The notes under the pieces are model-generated. The model did no database searches. It was given only the letters and a program-made list of their open reading frames with translations, and had not been told where the DNA came from. From NCBI RefSeq assembly GCF_000008565.1, contig NC_001264.1, forward strand, positions 1 to 32,000: a DNA stretch of 32,000 bases. The letters run 5' to 3'. The first letter of the stretch is position 1. Each line of letters starts with the position of its first letter. This stretch comes from Deinococcus radiodurans R1 = ATCC 13939 = DSM 20539. Its GTDB lineage: Bacteria; Deinococcota; Deinococci; Deinococcales; Deinococcaceae. Both the position numbers and the translations under genes were made by a program. Of the stretch, positions 22,625-32,000 are shown one piece after another.

Positions 22625-22775
22625 AGGACACACTTTAAGGTGACTGAGAATCAGACAGAGGGGAGACGTGTCTTAAGCCAGGGTGTCTACCCCAGTTCAC
22701 CGTCCCTGCTTATCCACAACAAGTCCTCCGAGCTGGGCGGTGAGTACCACTGACAAAAGCTCTCTATCATACGGC

Positions 22776-24833
22776 ATGTCCCGCTTCACTCCGGTCCGTG
22801 TCCGGTGGCTTTTGCTCGCCGTAGGTAGCCTCCTGGCCCACTCCCAGGCTGCGGCCTACACCCTGCCGGTCAACCTCGGGCAGGTCAGCAACCCGGCGGT
22901 CCTCAAGGGCAACAAAGACCTTGAGCTGCCCGGATTGAACGCCGCTCAGCAGTCGGCTCTCAGCCGCAACGGGTTCGTGATTGCTCCGGCGCGTTGGCGA
23001 CAGTTCGACGCGGCCTACGAGCAGGGCCGTTACGCCGATCAGCCGGCCTTCGTGACGACCGACAGCATGTTGCACATCTACCACCTGGTGTTCGACAAGA
23101 TGTTGCGCGACCTGGAGCGTGAAACCCTCGTACCGGCGGCCACGAAAATGACCAGTCTGCTGCTCAACGACGCGGTGAAGCAGTGGGAGGCACTGAAGGG
23201 CACACCGCTGGAGGGAGACGCGCTGAACACGGTGGCGTACCTCGCAGTGGCGCGCCGCCTCAGCGACCCGGCGGCGGCGATTCCGGCACCCGTGCAGAGC
23301 GTCGTGAAGGCCGAACTGGCCAAAATCGAGGCCCATCAAGGCATCGCCCCGTCGAGCATCTTCACGGCCAGTGAAATGACGGAGGACTACTCGCAGTACG
23401 TTCCGCGCGGGCACTACACCCGCAGCGACGCCCTGAAGCGCTATTTCCGGACCATGCAGTGGCTCGGGCGCATGAACCTGCGGGTAGAAAAACCCGGTGA
23501 GACGCGCACGGCGGCGTTGCTGACCACCCTGCTGACCAACAACGCCGAGGCGCAGAAGCTCTGGAGCCGGGTGTACAACCCCACCGCCCTGCTGGTCGGC
23601 AAAAGCGACGACCTCGACTTCACCCAGTATGCCCGCGTCCTGAAACAGACGACGGGCGGCCAGGTGAGGGCCCTTGCCGACGCCGCTACCCTGAAGCGCT
23701 TTCAAGCGGCCCTCGCCGCGCTGCCGGTGCCGCAAGTCAACAGCGTGTTTGTCGTCGCCAAGCCGGGTGAAGGCAAAGACGTGCGTGAGCGCCAGACCCA
23801 GGGGTTCCGCCTGATGGGCCAGCGCTTCACGCTCGACGGGGCCGCCTTTCAGCGCCTCGTTTACCGCGAGGTCGGCACGCCCGCAAAGCCCCGCACGCTG
23901 CCGCGCGGGCTCGACCTGCTGGCCGGGCTGGGCAGCGACGCGGCGCTGAATATCCTCAGGAATTCCGGGGAGACGAGCTACCAGAATTACTCTTCCCAGC
24001 TGCAACAGGTGCGGACGAGTTTCAAAGCCCTCCAGCCCGCCGACTGGAACAGCACGGTGTACAACGGCTGGATTTACGTGCTGGCCGGCCTGGCGAAGCC
24101 TGACCCGCGCGACGCGCGCTACCCGGCGTTCATGCGCACCCCCGCCTGGACCCGCAAGGAGCTGCTGACCGCCCTGGGCTCGTGGACCGAACTGCGGCAC
24201 GACACCCTGCTCTACGCCAAACAGACGATGGCCGAGATGGGCGCGGGCGGGGAACCGCCCAAGTATCCCCGCGCTTACGTCGAGCCGAATCCGGCGGTGT
24301 GGACGCGCCTGAGCGCGCTGGAAGCCCTGACCCGCAAAGTACTGAAAGATCAGGGCGTACTCTCGCAAAAGACGGCCAACAACCTCAACGAGCTGCGCGA
24401 CATGCTGGCGCTGCTGAACAAGGCGACCACCTCTGAACTGAGCGGCAAACTGCTGTCCAGAGACGAGAACGATCGCCTGCACTTTTACGGCGGCTGGCTG
24501 GAACAGATGAAAATGGCGAGCGCCGACCCCACCGAGCCGGGCCAGGAAGCCAGCGAGTTCGACGAGAACGCGATGTCCGCCGTGGTGGCCGACGTCGCCA
24601 CCGACGGGAAGGAGTTGGCCCTCGAAGAGGGAACCGGCTTCGTCGACGACCTGTACGCGCTGGTGCCCGACTGGAACGGCAAACTTCAGGTTGCGCACGG
24701 CGGTGTGTATAGCCAGTACGAGTTCACGGTGCCGCTCTCTGGCCGCCTGACCGACGAGGCGTGGCGCAAACAGCTTTCCGGGGGCAAGCTCCCGCCCGCC
24801 CACCCGTGGCTGGACGGCGTGCGGGTGAAATGA
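22776..24833 (+). CDS. Large secreted protein, DUF3160-like (function unknown)
   Basis: 685 aa starting at ATG 22776, with the signal peptide MSRFTPVRVRWLLLAVGSLLAHSQAAA. The segment FVTTDSMLHIYHLVFDKMLRDLE resembles the conserved N-terminal block of DUF3160 as I remember it. This has not been verified by HMM. Confidence 0.65.
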   Translation: MSRFTPVRVRWLLLAVGSLLAHSQAAAYTLPVNLGQVSNPAVLKGNKDLELPGLNAAQQSALSRNGFVIAPARWRQFDAAYEQGRYADQPAFVTTDSMLHIYHLVFDKMLRDLERETLVPAATKMTSLLLNDAVKQWEALKGTPLEGDALNTVAYLAVARRLSDPAAAIPAPVQSVVKAELAKIEAHQGIAPSSIFTASEMTEDYSQYVPRGHYTRSDALKRYFRTMQWLGRMNLRVEKPGETRTAALLTTLLTNNAEAQKLWSRVYNPTALLVGKSDDLDFTQYARVLKQTTGGQVRALADAATLKRFQAALAALPVPQVNSVFVVAKPGEGKDVRERQTQGFRLMGQRFTLDGAAFQRLVYREVGTPAKPRTLPRGLDLLAGLGSDAALNILRNSGETSYQNYSSQLQQVRTSFKALQPADWNSTVYNGWIYVLAGLAKPDPRDARYPAFMRTPAWTRKELLTALGSWTELRHDTLLYAKQTMAEMGAGGEPPKYPRAYVEPNPAVWTRLSALEALTRKVLKDQGVLSQKTANNLNELRDMLALLNKATTSELSGKLLSRDENDRLHFYGGWLEQMKMASADPTEPGQEASEFDENAMSAVVADVATDGKELALEEGTGFVDDLYALVPDWNGKLQVAHGGVYSQYEFTVPLSGRLTDEAWRKQLSGGKLPPAHPWLDGVRVK

Positions 24834-25720
24834 CCCCCAGGGCTCTGCGAACGCTGACCCGCCTCGGCCTGAGCGGCCTGTGTCTGGGCGGGGGAGCACT
24901 GGCGGCGGGGCTCACCCTCGCGCTTGGCGGGGACATCAACCTGGCGCGGGGGGCGTATCAGCCGGGCGGCCAGCCCTTCGCCCCCCTCGCCGGGGCACTC
25001 CGGGCGGACGTGGTGCTGGCGAATCTGGAGTCTCCGCTGACGAACCGGCCCAAAGCGACGTCCGGCATCGACCTGCGCGCCAGTCCGGCAGCCGTGGCGG
25101 CGCTGCGTCCGTTCACTGCCCTGAGCACCGAGAACAACCACGCCGGGGACGGGGGAGAAGCTGGCCGCCGGCAAAACGAACAGGTGCTGCGCGGCTCCGG
25201 CCTCGTGCCGGTGTCCCGGCAGGTGACCTGGCTGAACGTGAAAGGAGTCAACCTCGCCCTGCTTGCCTACCTGGACGACGGCCGGTCCCCGCCGCCGCTC
25301 GCGGAGGTCAGGCGGGCCGCAGCGCAGGCCGACCTGGTGGTGGTCTTGCCCCACTGGGGCGCGGAATACAACGGCGTGACCGCGCGGCAGCGCCAGCAGG
25401 CCCGGGCGCTGGTAGACGCTGGTGCCGGGCTGGTGGTCGGCAGTGGGCCACATGTGCTGCAAGGGCACGAGTGGCTGGGCCGCGCTCTGGTGCTGTACAG
25501 CCTCGGAAATCTGCTGTTCGACCAGCCTTACCCCGCGACCTGGGCCGGAGCGGTGGTGCATGTCACCCTCCAGCAGGGCAAAATGCAGGCGTGCGCCTTC
25601 CCCACCTTCAGCCGCGCCGGACGGGTACAGCCGGGCAGAGCAGCCGAACGAACAGCGGTTCGGGAGCGGCTCGGCCTCCCGCTGTGTCCAGCCAGTGAGG
25701 AACAGCATGCAACGATTTAA
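24830..25720 (+). CDS. CapA/PgsA-family protein (metallophosphatase-fold, poly-gamma-glutamate capsule synthesis family)
   Basis: The motifs are GGDINLARG, LANLESPLT, ENNHAGDGG, PHWGAEY and GSGPHVLQG. The N-terminal anchor or signal is LGLSGLCLGGGALAAGLTLA. ATG 24830 overlaps the upstream stop (ATGA). Confidence 0.8.
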   Translation: MTPRALRTLTRLGLSGLCLGGGALAAGLTLALGGDINLARGAYQPGGQPFAPLAGALRADVVLANLESPLTNRPKATSGIDLRASPAAVAALRPFTALSTENNHAGDGGEAGRRQNEQVLRGSGLVPVSRQVTWLNVKGVNLALLAYLDDGRSPPPLAEVRRAAAQADLVVVLPHWGAEYNGVTARQRQQARALVDAGAGLVVGSGPHVLQGHEWLGRALVLYSLGNLLFDQPYPATWAGAVVHVTLQQGKMQACAFPTFSRAGRVQPGRAAERTAVRERLGLPLCPASEEQHATI

Positions 25721-26216
25721 TCGCTGGGGCCTGGGGGCCGTCCTGGTGTGCTTCAGCGTGTCCAGCGGGCTGGCCGGGGGAGCGCCGGGAACCCCCTGCA
25801 CGCAGTTGCACCTGCCTGCGACGTGGGACGTTCGCGCCGTGGCCTACGCCGACGTGACCGGCGACGGGACGCCGGAATGCGTGCTGAGCGTCTGGCGGCC
25901 CTGGAAAGACTGGCCCATCGCCCGCTGGTCGGCGTCCGGCACACCTATCACCTCAAACCATGACGCCGGGGGAGACAGTTCCCACGTGGCGGTGCTCAAG
26001 CCGCTGCCGGGTGGCAAGTACCGCAACATCTGGGTAGGCAGCGCCCTCTACCGGCCCGTCACGCGGCTCGCCGTGCAGCCGGGCGGCACCCTGGTCACCT
26101 GGGAAACCACCTATGCCCAGGGCCGGGAAGGCCGTCCCGTGGCGGTCAGTTCCTGGCGCTGGACGGGGTTCGGGTTCGGCCTGGTGGAGCGGCGTCCGCT
26201 GTCAGCTGGGCAGTAG
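25707..26216 (+). CDS. Hypothetical small secreted protein with an FG-GAP/VCBS-like loop
   Basis: ATG 25707 has GAGGAA 5 nt upstream and overlaps the capA-like gene by 14 nt. The signal peptide is MQRFNRWGLGAVLVCFSVSSGLAGG, and the motif is ADVTGDGTPECVLSVW. Confidence 0.6.
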   Translation: MQRFNRWGLGAVLVCFSVSSGLAGGAPGTPCTQLHLPATWDVRAVAYADVTGDGTPECVLSVWRPWKDWPIARWSASGTPITSNHDAGGDSSHVAVLKPLPGGKYRNIWVGSALYRPVTRLAVQPGGTLVTWETTYAQGREGRPVAVSSWRWTGFGFGLVERRPLSAGQ

Positions 26217-26244
26217 CGCACTGAACAGAATATTTTGCATTTTT

Positions 26245-26310
26245 CGCCCCTTTACTTGATGGAGGAGGGCCTAGCGAAGCGAGGGGTAAGGGTGCGTTTT
26301 TCTGTCTGAG
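26245..26310 (+). repeat. GC-rich hairpin repeat (REP/SNR-like), copy B
   Basis: The sequence cgcccctttacttgatggaggagggcctagcgaagcgaggggtaagggtgcgtttttctgtctgag has the same architecture and orientation as 18345-18412. It sits just after a + strand stop codon. Confidence 0.7.
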
Positions 26311-26500
26311 TCCAGTTGAGTGAGCGGTGGCTGTCTAGTAAAGGTCTTTTACCCCTTCTAGTCGGCTTTTCTCCGTTGTCCCTTCCCCTCTTTCGAGTTG
26401 TAAAACGACACCCGGTCACAGCGCGGCGCGGGCGCGGGCGTAGACTGCCCGGCATCCAATTCGAGTGGTTAAATCCGAGCTGTTTCCGAGGGGTCTTTGT

Positions 26501-27683
26501 ATGACTGAGCATTCCGCTGGCCTGCCGCTGTCCGGTGTCCGGGTGGCCGACTTTACCCGGGTGTTGACCGGGCCGTACTGCACCATGCTGCTGGGCGACC
26601 TGGGCGCCGACGTGGTCAAGGTGGAACCGCCGCAGGCGACGACACCCGCGCCTGGGGGCCGCCTTTTCAGCAACATGGCGAGGCCCGTGAAAGCACCTAT
26701 TTCCTGAGTGTGAACCGCAACAAACGCAGCGTGCTGCTCGACCTGCGCCGCGAGGAAGACGTGGAGGCGGCGTGGACGCTGCTCGGCACGGCGGACATCG
26801 TGGTGGAGAACTTCCGGCCCGGCGCGTTCGACCGCCTGGGGTTCAGCTGGGAGACGCTGCACGCGCGCTTTCCCCGCATCATCCTGGCGAGCATTTCGGG
26901 CTTCGGGCTCGACGGCCCTTACCGCGACCGCGCCGGCTACGACGTGATTGCCCAGGGCCTCGGTGGGCTGATGAGCTACAACGGCGAGCCGGGCCGCCCC
27001 CCGCAGCGGGTGGGCGTGGCGGTGGCCGACGTGTTCGCCGGGGCGCTCATCACCCAGGCGATTCTGGCGGCGCTCTACCAGCGCGAGCGCACCGGCGAGG
27101 GCGCGCGGGTGGACGTGAACCTGCTCGAAGGCGTCATTTCCCTTGGTACCAGCCAGGTCAGCCGCTACCTGACTGGCGGGCAGATTCCGGGGCCGCAGGC
27201 AACGACCACCCCAGCATCGTCCCCTACGGCACCTTCGAGTGCGCCGATGGGCTGATCAACCTCGCCGTGGGCAACGACAGCCTGTGGGAAAAGTTCTGCG
27301 CCGCGCTGGGCTTCGGCTCGCTGGCCGCCAATCCGCTCTACGCGACCAACGAGGGCCGGGTGCGCCGCCGCGAAGAACTGAACGCCGAACTGTTCCCCGC
27401 GCTGATGGGCTTCACCCGCGCTCAACTCAGCGAGAAGTTGGAAGCGGCGGGCGTGCCCTGCGGCCCGGTCAACAACATGCACGAGGTCTTTGAAGACCCC
27501 CATGTCCAGGCGCGCGGGGTCGCCGTCCGGGTGCCGCACGCCGCGCTGGAGGAAACCACCGTCACCTCGCCCCCCTGGCGCTTCGGCGGTCAGAGTCTCC
27601 CGGTGCGGCGCGGCCCGCCCACGCCGGGGCAGCACACGGCGGAGGTGCTCGCCGAACTGGGCATCGAGCGCGGCGAACGCTAG
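26501..27683 (+). pseudogene. Family III CoA-transferase (CaiB/BaiF/Frc-like), reading frame broken twice
   Basis: Three collinear pieces lie in three frames. Piece 1: 26501-~26632, [35 protein letters not shown]. Piece 2: ~26632-~27195, [12 protein letters not shown]...[18 protein letters not shown]...VENFRPGAFDRLGF...ISGFGLDGPY. Piece 3: ~27195-27683, GNDHPSIVPYGTFECADGLINLAVGND... through to the stop. GAGGGG lies upstream of ATG 26501. Confidence 0.85.
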
Positions 27684-28289
27684 AGCATTGGACAAAAAGA
27701 TGGCGCGGCTTCCCAGCGAGCGGACTCGGAGAGCTGAGTCCAGAGCGAGGCCCAAAGACCGAGCAGGACGGAGTGGCAAAGCTGCGGCGCAGGAGATGGA
27801 GGGGAGTGGCGAGGCCTATGCCGTCGCCCACGGGTTGCTCGCGGCATGCGGGCGCTGGCCCCAGCAGATGAAAAACACCTGCACCGGCCGGGGGCCAGCG
27901 GGCCGTAGGAGCCAGCGGGCTGTAGGCGAAGGTACAGCGGCAGGGCCTCGTCCCAGTTGGCTTGCAGTTGGCTTGGCCGCTGCCCAGCACCGGTTTGTCC
28001 CCGGTTTCCAGTGTGGGAAGGCAGGCGTCGTTGCAAGAAAACGCCCGGCCCAGCCCCCAGTCCATCCACATGGCGGAGCGTGACGTGAGCACGGTTTGCG
28101 CAGTGGTTTTCAGGCTCTGATACGGTTTCAATCCGATTTCAGAGCATCCGGGTGTAAGCCTGCCCCGGTGACCCGAGCTTTACAGATGCCAGGGTTTCCC
28201 TTTACACTTGCCAACAAGCAACAACGTTTCTCCCCGCGAATCAGGCGGGGGCCACGCCCCTGTGCGTGCCCTGCGCCCGGAGGTGCCCT

Positions 28290-29744
<1,455 letters not shown>

Positions 29745-29747
29745 GGC

Positions 29748-30266
29748 GTGGCAAGAAAGGCCAAGCCCCTCGTCCTTGACCCGGCGTTACAAATCACCGT
29801 GGACTGGCTGGAAGAGCAACCGCAGGATATGTGGCTCGCCTTCGTAGAGAACACCAACTACGACTTCGCGGTGGACGCCCTGCGCTGGATGGTGCGGAGC
29901 GGGAAATGTGACCGCGCCGTCGCCCTGGCGATGTACTGGAATTTGGCAGCGGGTTATTACGTTCAGTACGCCGCCCGAAGTGAGGTTCCAGCCCACGCGC
30001 AGCTCACCTACAACCTCGTCAAGAAGATTGAGCGGATGTTCCTCGCGGGCGAGTTCGCAGAGTCCGACCTTGGCTATGACCCGACCGGGCGACTTGGTGA
30101 CTACGCCGATGTCCCGGTGGTCACGCCCATTCCCGAAGAACTCAAGCGCCCCATTCCTGGACGCCAGATTGACGAGTTCGCCCTGACGCAAGGCTGGATA
30201 AACGGCCTTCCCGCCTTCGTGTACGACGAACTTGATGCCCGCGAGCAGGGCAGCGCCGAGGCCTAA
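29748..30266 (+). CDS. Hypothetical protein, DUF4274-like
   Basis: 172 aa with a GTG start 3 nt after the kamA stop. NTNYDFAVDALRWMVRSGKCDRAVALAMYWNL resembles the NYNWD...CD.gTAl..yW core I recall for DUF4274. This has not been verified. Confidence 0.55.
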   Translation: MARKAKPLVLDPALQITVDWLEEQPQDMWLAFVENTNYDFAVDALRWMVRSGKCDRAVALAMYWNLAAGYYVQYAARSEVPAHAQLTYNLVKKIERMFLAGEFAESDLGYDPTGRLGDYADVPVVTPIPEELKRPIPGRQIDEFALTQGWINGLPAFVYDELDAREQGSAEA

Positions 30267-30294
30267 GTTTTTTCAACCTGCAAGGAGCTATCCC

Positions 30295-31659
30295 ATGACC
30301 GCCACCCAAGCCAAACCCCGTCAGCCCGACCTCAAGACCTCCCTCCCCGGCCCCAAGACCGCCGAAATCATGGCCCGTGACCAGGCCACCCTCTCCACGT
30401 CCTACATGCGCCCATACCCCTTCGTGCCCGACTTTGGTAAGGGCGTGTGGCTCACCGACGTGGACGGCAACACCATGCTGGACTTCTTCGCGGGCATTGC
30501 GGTGTCCACCACCGGGCACGCCCACCCGCATGTGGTGCAGGCGGTGCAGCGGCAAATCGAGAAATTCACCCACGTCTGCCTGACCGACTACCCGCAGGAA
30601 ATCACCACCAGCCTCGCCGAGCGTCTGGTCAAGCATGTCGAGCGTCCGGGCGAAAAGTGGCGCGTCTTCTTCTCCAACTCGGGCGCGGAGGCGGTGGAAG
30701 CGGCGGTCAAGCTCGCCCGCAACCACACCGGGCGTCAGCACATCATCTCGACGATGGGCAGCTTTCACGGGCGCACCTACGGCGCGATTACGCTGACCGG
30801 CTCCAAGACGAAGTACAAGCGCGGCTTTGGCCCGCTGCTGCCCGCCGTCTCGCACGTGCCCTACCCCAACCCCTTCCGTCCGCCGCTCGGCAGCACGCCC
30901 GAAAATTGCGGTCAGGCCGTCATCGACCACATCGAAAGCCTGTTCGTGGGGATTTTGCCCGCCGACGAGGTGGCCGCCATCATCGTGGAGCCGATGCAGG
31001 GCGAAGGCGGCTACATCGTGCCGCCCGCCGATTTCCTGCCGGGGCTGCGCGCCCTGTGCGACAAGCACGGCATCATGCTCATCTTCGATGAAGTGCAGGC
31101 GGGCATGGGCCGCACCGGGAAGATGTTCTCGTTCCAGCATTTTGACGTGCAGCCCGACATCATCACCTCGGCCAAGGGCATCGCGTCGGGCATGCCGCTC
31201 GGGGCGCTGCTGGCGAAAGAAAGCGTGATGACGTGGCCCGTCGGCTCGCACGGCTCCACCTACGGCGGCAACCCGGTCGCGGCGGCGGCCTCGCACGCGA
31301 CGCTGGACCTACTCGAAGGCCAGGTGAAGCACGAGGGCTGCGGCGACAGCCTGATGGACAACGCCGCGCAGGTGGGCGATTTCATCCTGGGCGAGCTGAA
31401 AGGAATGCAGGACGAGTTCCCCTTCATCGGCGACGTGCGCGGGCGGGGGCTCTTTATCGGCATCGAGTTCGTGAAGCCCGACGGCTCCCCCGACGGCGCC
31501 CTGCGCGACCAGGCCAGCATGATGATGTTTGAAAAGGGCCTGCTCAACCTGGACTGCGGCGAAGCGGTTATCCGCATCAGCCCGCCTCTCATCCTGACGC
31601 GCGAGGAAGCGGCGACGGGGTTGGACATCATGCGCGGGGTGTTTCAAGAACTGAAATAA
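30295..31659 (+). CDS. Class III PLP-dependent aminotransferase (4-aminobutyrate / omega-amino acid aminotransferase-like)
   Basis: 454 aa. The motifs are NSGAEAVEAAVKLAR, DEVQAGMGRTGKMF, and TSAKGIASGMPLG (PLP-binding Lys). AAGGAG lies 7 nt upstream of ATG 30295. Confidence 0.9.
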   Translation: MTATQAKPRQPDLKTSLPGPKTAEIMARDQATLSTSYMRPYPFVPDFGKGVWLTDVDGNTMLDFFAGIAVSTTGHAHPHVVQAVQRQIEKFTHVCLTDYPQEITTSLAERLVKHVERPGEKWRVFFSNSGAEAVEAAVKLARNHTGRQHIISTMGSFHGRTYGAITLTGSKTKYKRGFGPLLPAVSHVPYPNPFRPPLGSTPENCGQAVIDHIESLFVGILPADEVAAIIVEPMQGEGGYIVPPADFLPGLRALCDKHGIMLIFDEVQAGMGRTGKMFSFQHFDVQPDIITSAKGIASGMPLGALLAKESVMTWPVGSHGSTYGGNPVAAAASHATLDLLEGQVKHEGCGDSLMDNAAQVGDFILGELKGMQDEFPFIGDVRGRGLFIGIEFVKPDGSPDGALRDQASMMMFEKGLLNLDCGEAVIRISPPLILTREEAATGLDIMRGVFQELK

Positions 31660-31737
31660 CAGCGCTTTTGGCAAAGGCATTGGCCGGGCAACCGCGCCAG
31701 TGCTTTCTCCCGCTTTCCCACCCCCGGAGGTTCCACC

Positions 31738-32000
31738 ATGTCCACCCTCTTAGACGGCCTGCTTCCCTTCCAGCACGAACCCTACTTCGACTTTGCCGAC
31801 CCCGCTGTGGCCGAGGCGCAAACCGCCGCCTACGCGCAGGCCCGTCAGAAATACGCCGGACAGACCTTTCCGCTGCTCGTCGGCGGGCAGCAGGTGAAGG
31901 GCGACGGCACCTTGACCGTGACCAATCCCGCGACCGGCGAACAGCTCTGGCACTTCCAGAACGCGACGGCGGCGCAACTCGATGAGGCGGTCAGGGCCGC
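31738..32000 (+). CDS. Aldehyde dehydrogenase, 1-pyrroline-5-carboxylate dehydrogenase-like (5' fragment that runs off the window)
   Basis: This ORF is not in the track because it has no stop within the window. My translation from ATG 31738 (GGAGG 7 nt upstream) is MSTLLDGLLPFQHEPYFDFADPAVAEAQTAAYAQARQKYAGQTFPLLVGGQQVKGDGTLTVTNPATGEQL. This is typical of the N-terminus of RocA/PruA-type P5CDH. Confidence 0.7.
   Translation, partial: MSTLLDGLLPFQHEPYFDFADPAVAEAQTAAYAQARQKYAGQTFPLLVGGQQVKGDGTLTVTNPATGEQLWHFQNATAAQLDEAVRA

Noticed and set aside
22767-24899. 710-aa minus-strand ORF spanning the whole DUF3160-like gene
   Set aside because: The antisense frame is kept open by GC3 bias. Its composition is rich in R, G, A, H and V, with no signal peptide, no motif, and no start context. 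The + strand ORF has a signal peptide and operon coupling.
27490-28083. 197-aa + strand ORF bridging the CoA-transferase 3' end and the intergenic region
   Set aside because: The translation is Arg/Pro/Ala-rich low complexity. It overlaps the true CoA-transferase frame and has no start context.
28121-28140. tRNA-like T-loop (CGG-TTTCAAT-CCG)
   Set aside because: Only a 3-bp stem forms. No acceptor, D or anticodon arms can be built around it, so it is not a tRNA.

Overview
High-GC bacterial window (about two thirds G+C by eye) with dense coding on both strands. The many long antisense ORFs in the track are the shadow ORFs expected at this GC content. The gene order is an iteron array, parA, parB, aldehyde dehydrogenase, Zn-ADH, an ABC-2 transporter with a DesK/LuxR-type two-component system, a siroheme and sulfate-assimilation cluster, 5'-nucleotidase, GNAT, cobU, a DUF3160-like/CapA block, CoA-transferase, kamA, aminotransferase and P5C dehydrogenase. 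This order, together with GC-rich hairpin repeats, matches my recollection of the start of Deinococcus radiodurans chromosome II. That is memory, not a search result.

Main content:
1. An 11-copy 18-bp iteron array with AT-rich flanks lies upstream of a translationally coupled parAB pair. This is a secondary-replicon origin or centromere-type region.
2. Redox genes: gabD-like, MocA-like, and a Zn-ADH plus SRPBCC operon.
3. A four-gene ABC-2 / histidine kinase / response regulator module.
4. Divergent operons for siroheme (cobA-hemD, cbiX) and sulfate assimilation (sir, cysC, cysH, sat).
5. Two frame-disrupted genes (5'-nucleotidase and family III CoA-transferase), plus a sensor kinase whose N-terminus is cut by an in-frame TAG.
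6. A family of GC-rich hairpin repeats and one MITE-like element.
7. A block of uncharacterised secreted proteins (DUF3160-like, CapA, and two small proteins with FG-GAP-like loops).
8. A kamA-led amino-acid cluster.

I found no rRNA, tRNA, CRISPR array, transposase or phage genes. The best candidates for something undescribed are the secreted DUF3160-like/CapA module and the kamA / DUF4274-like / aminotransferase cluster. Both are hypotheses built on gene context only.
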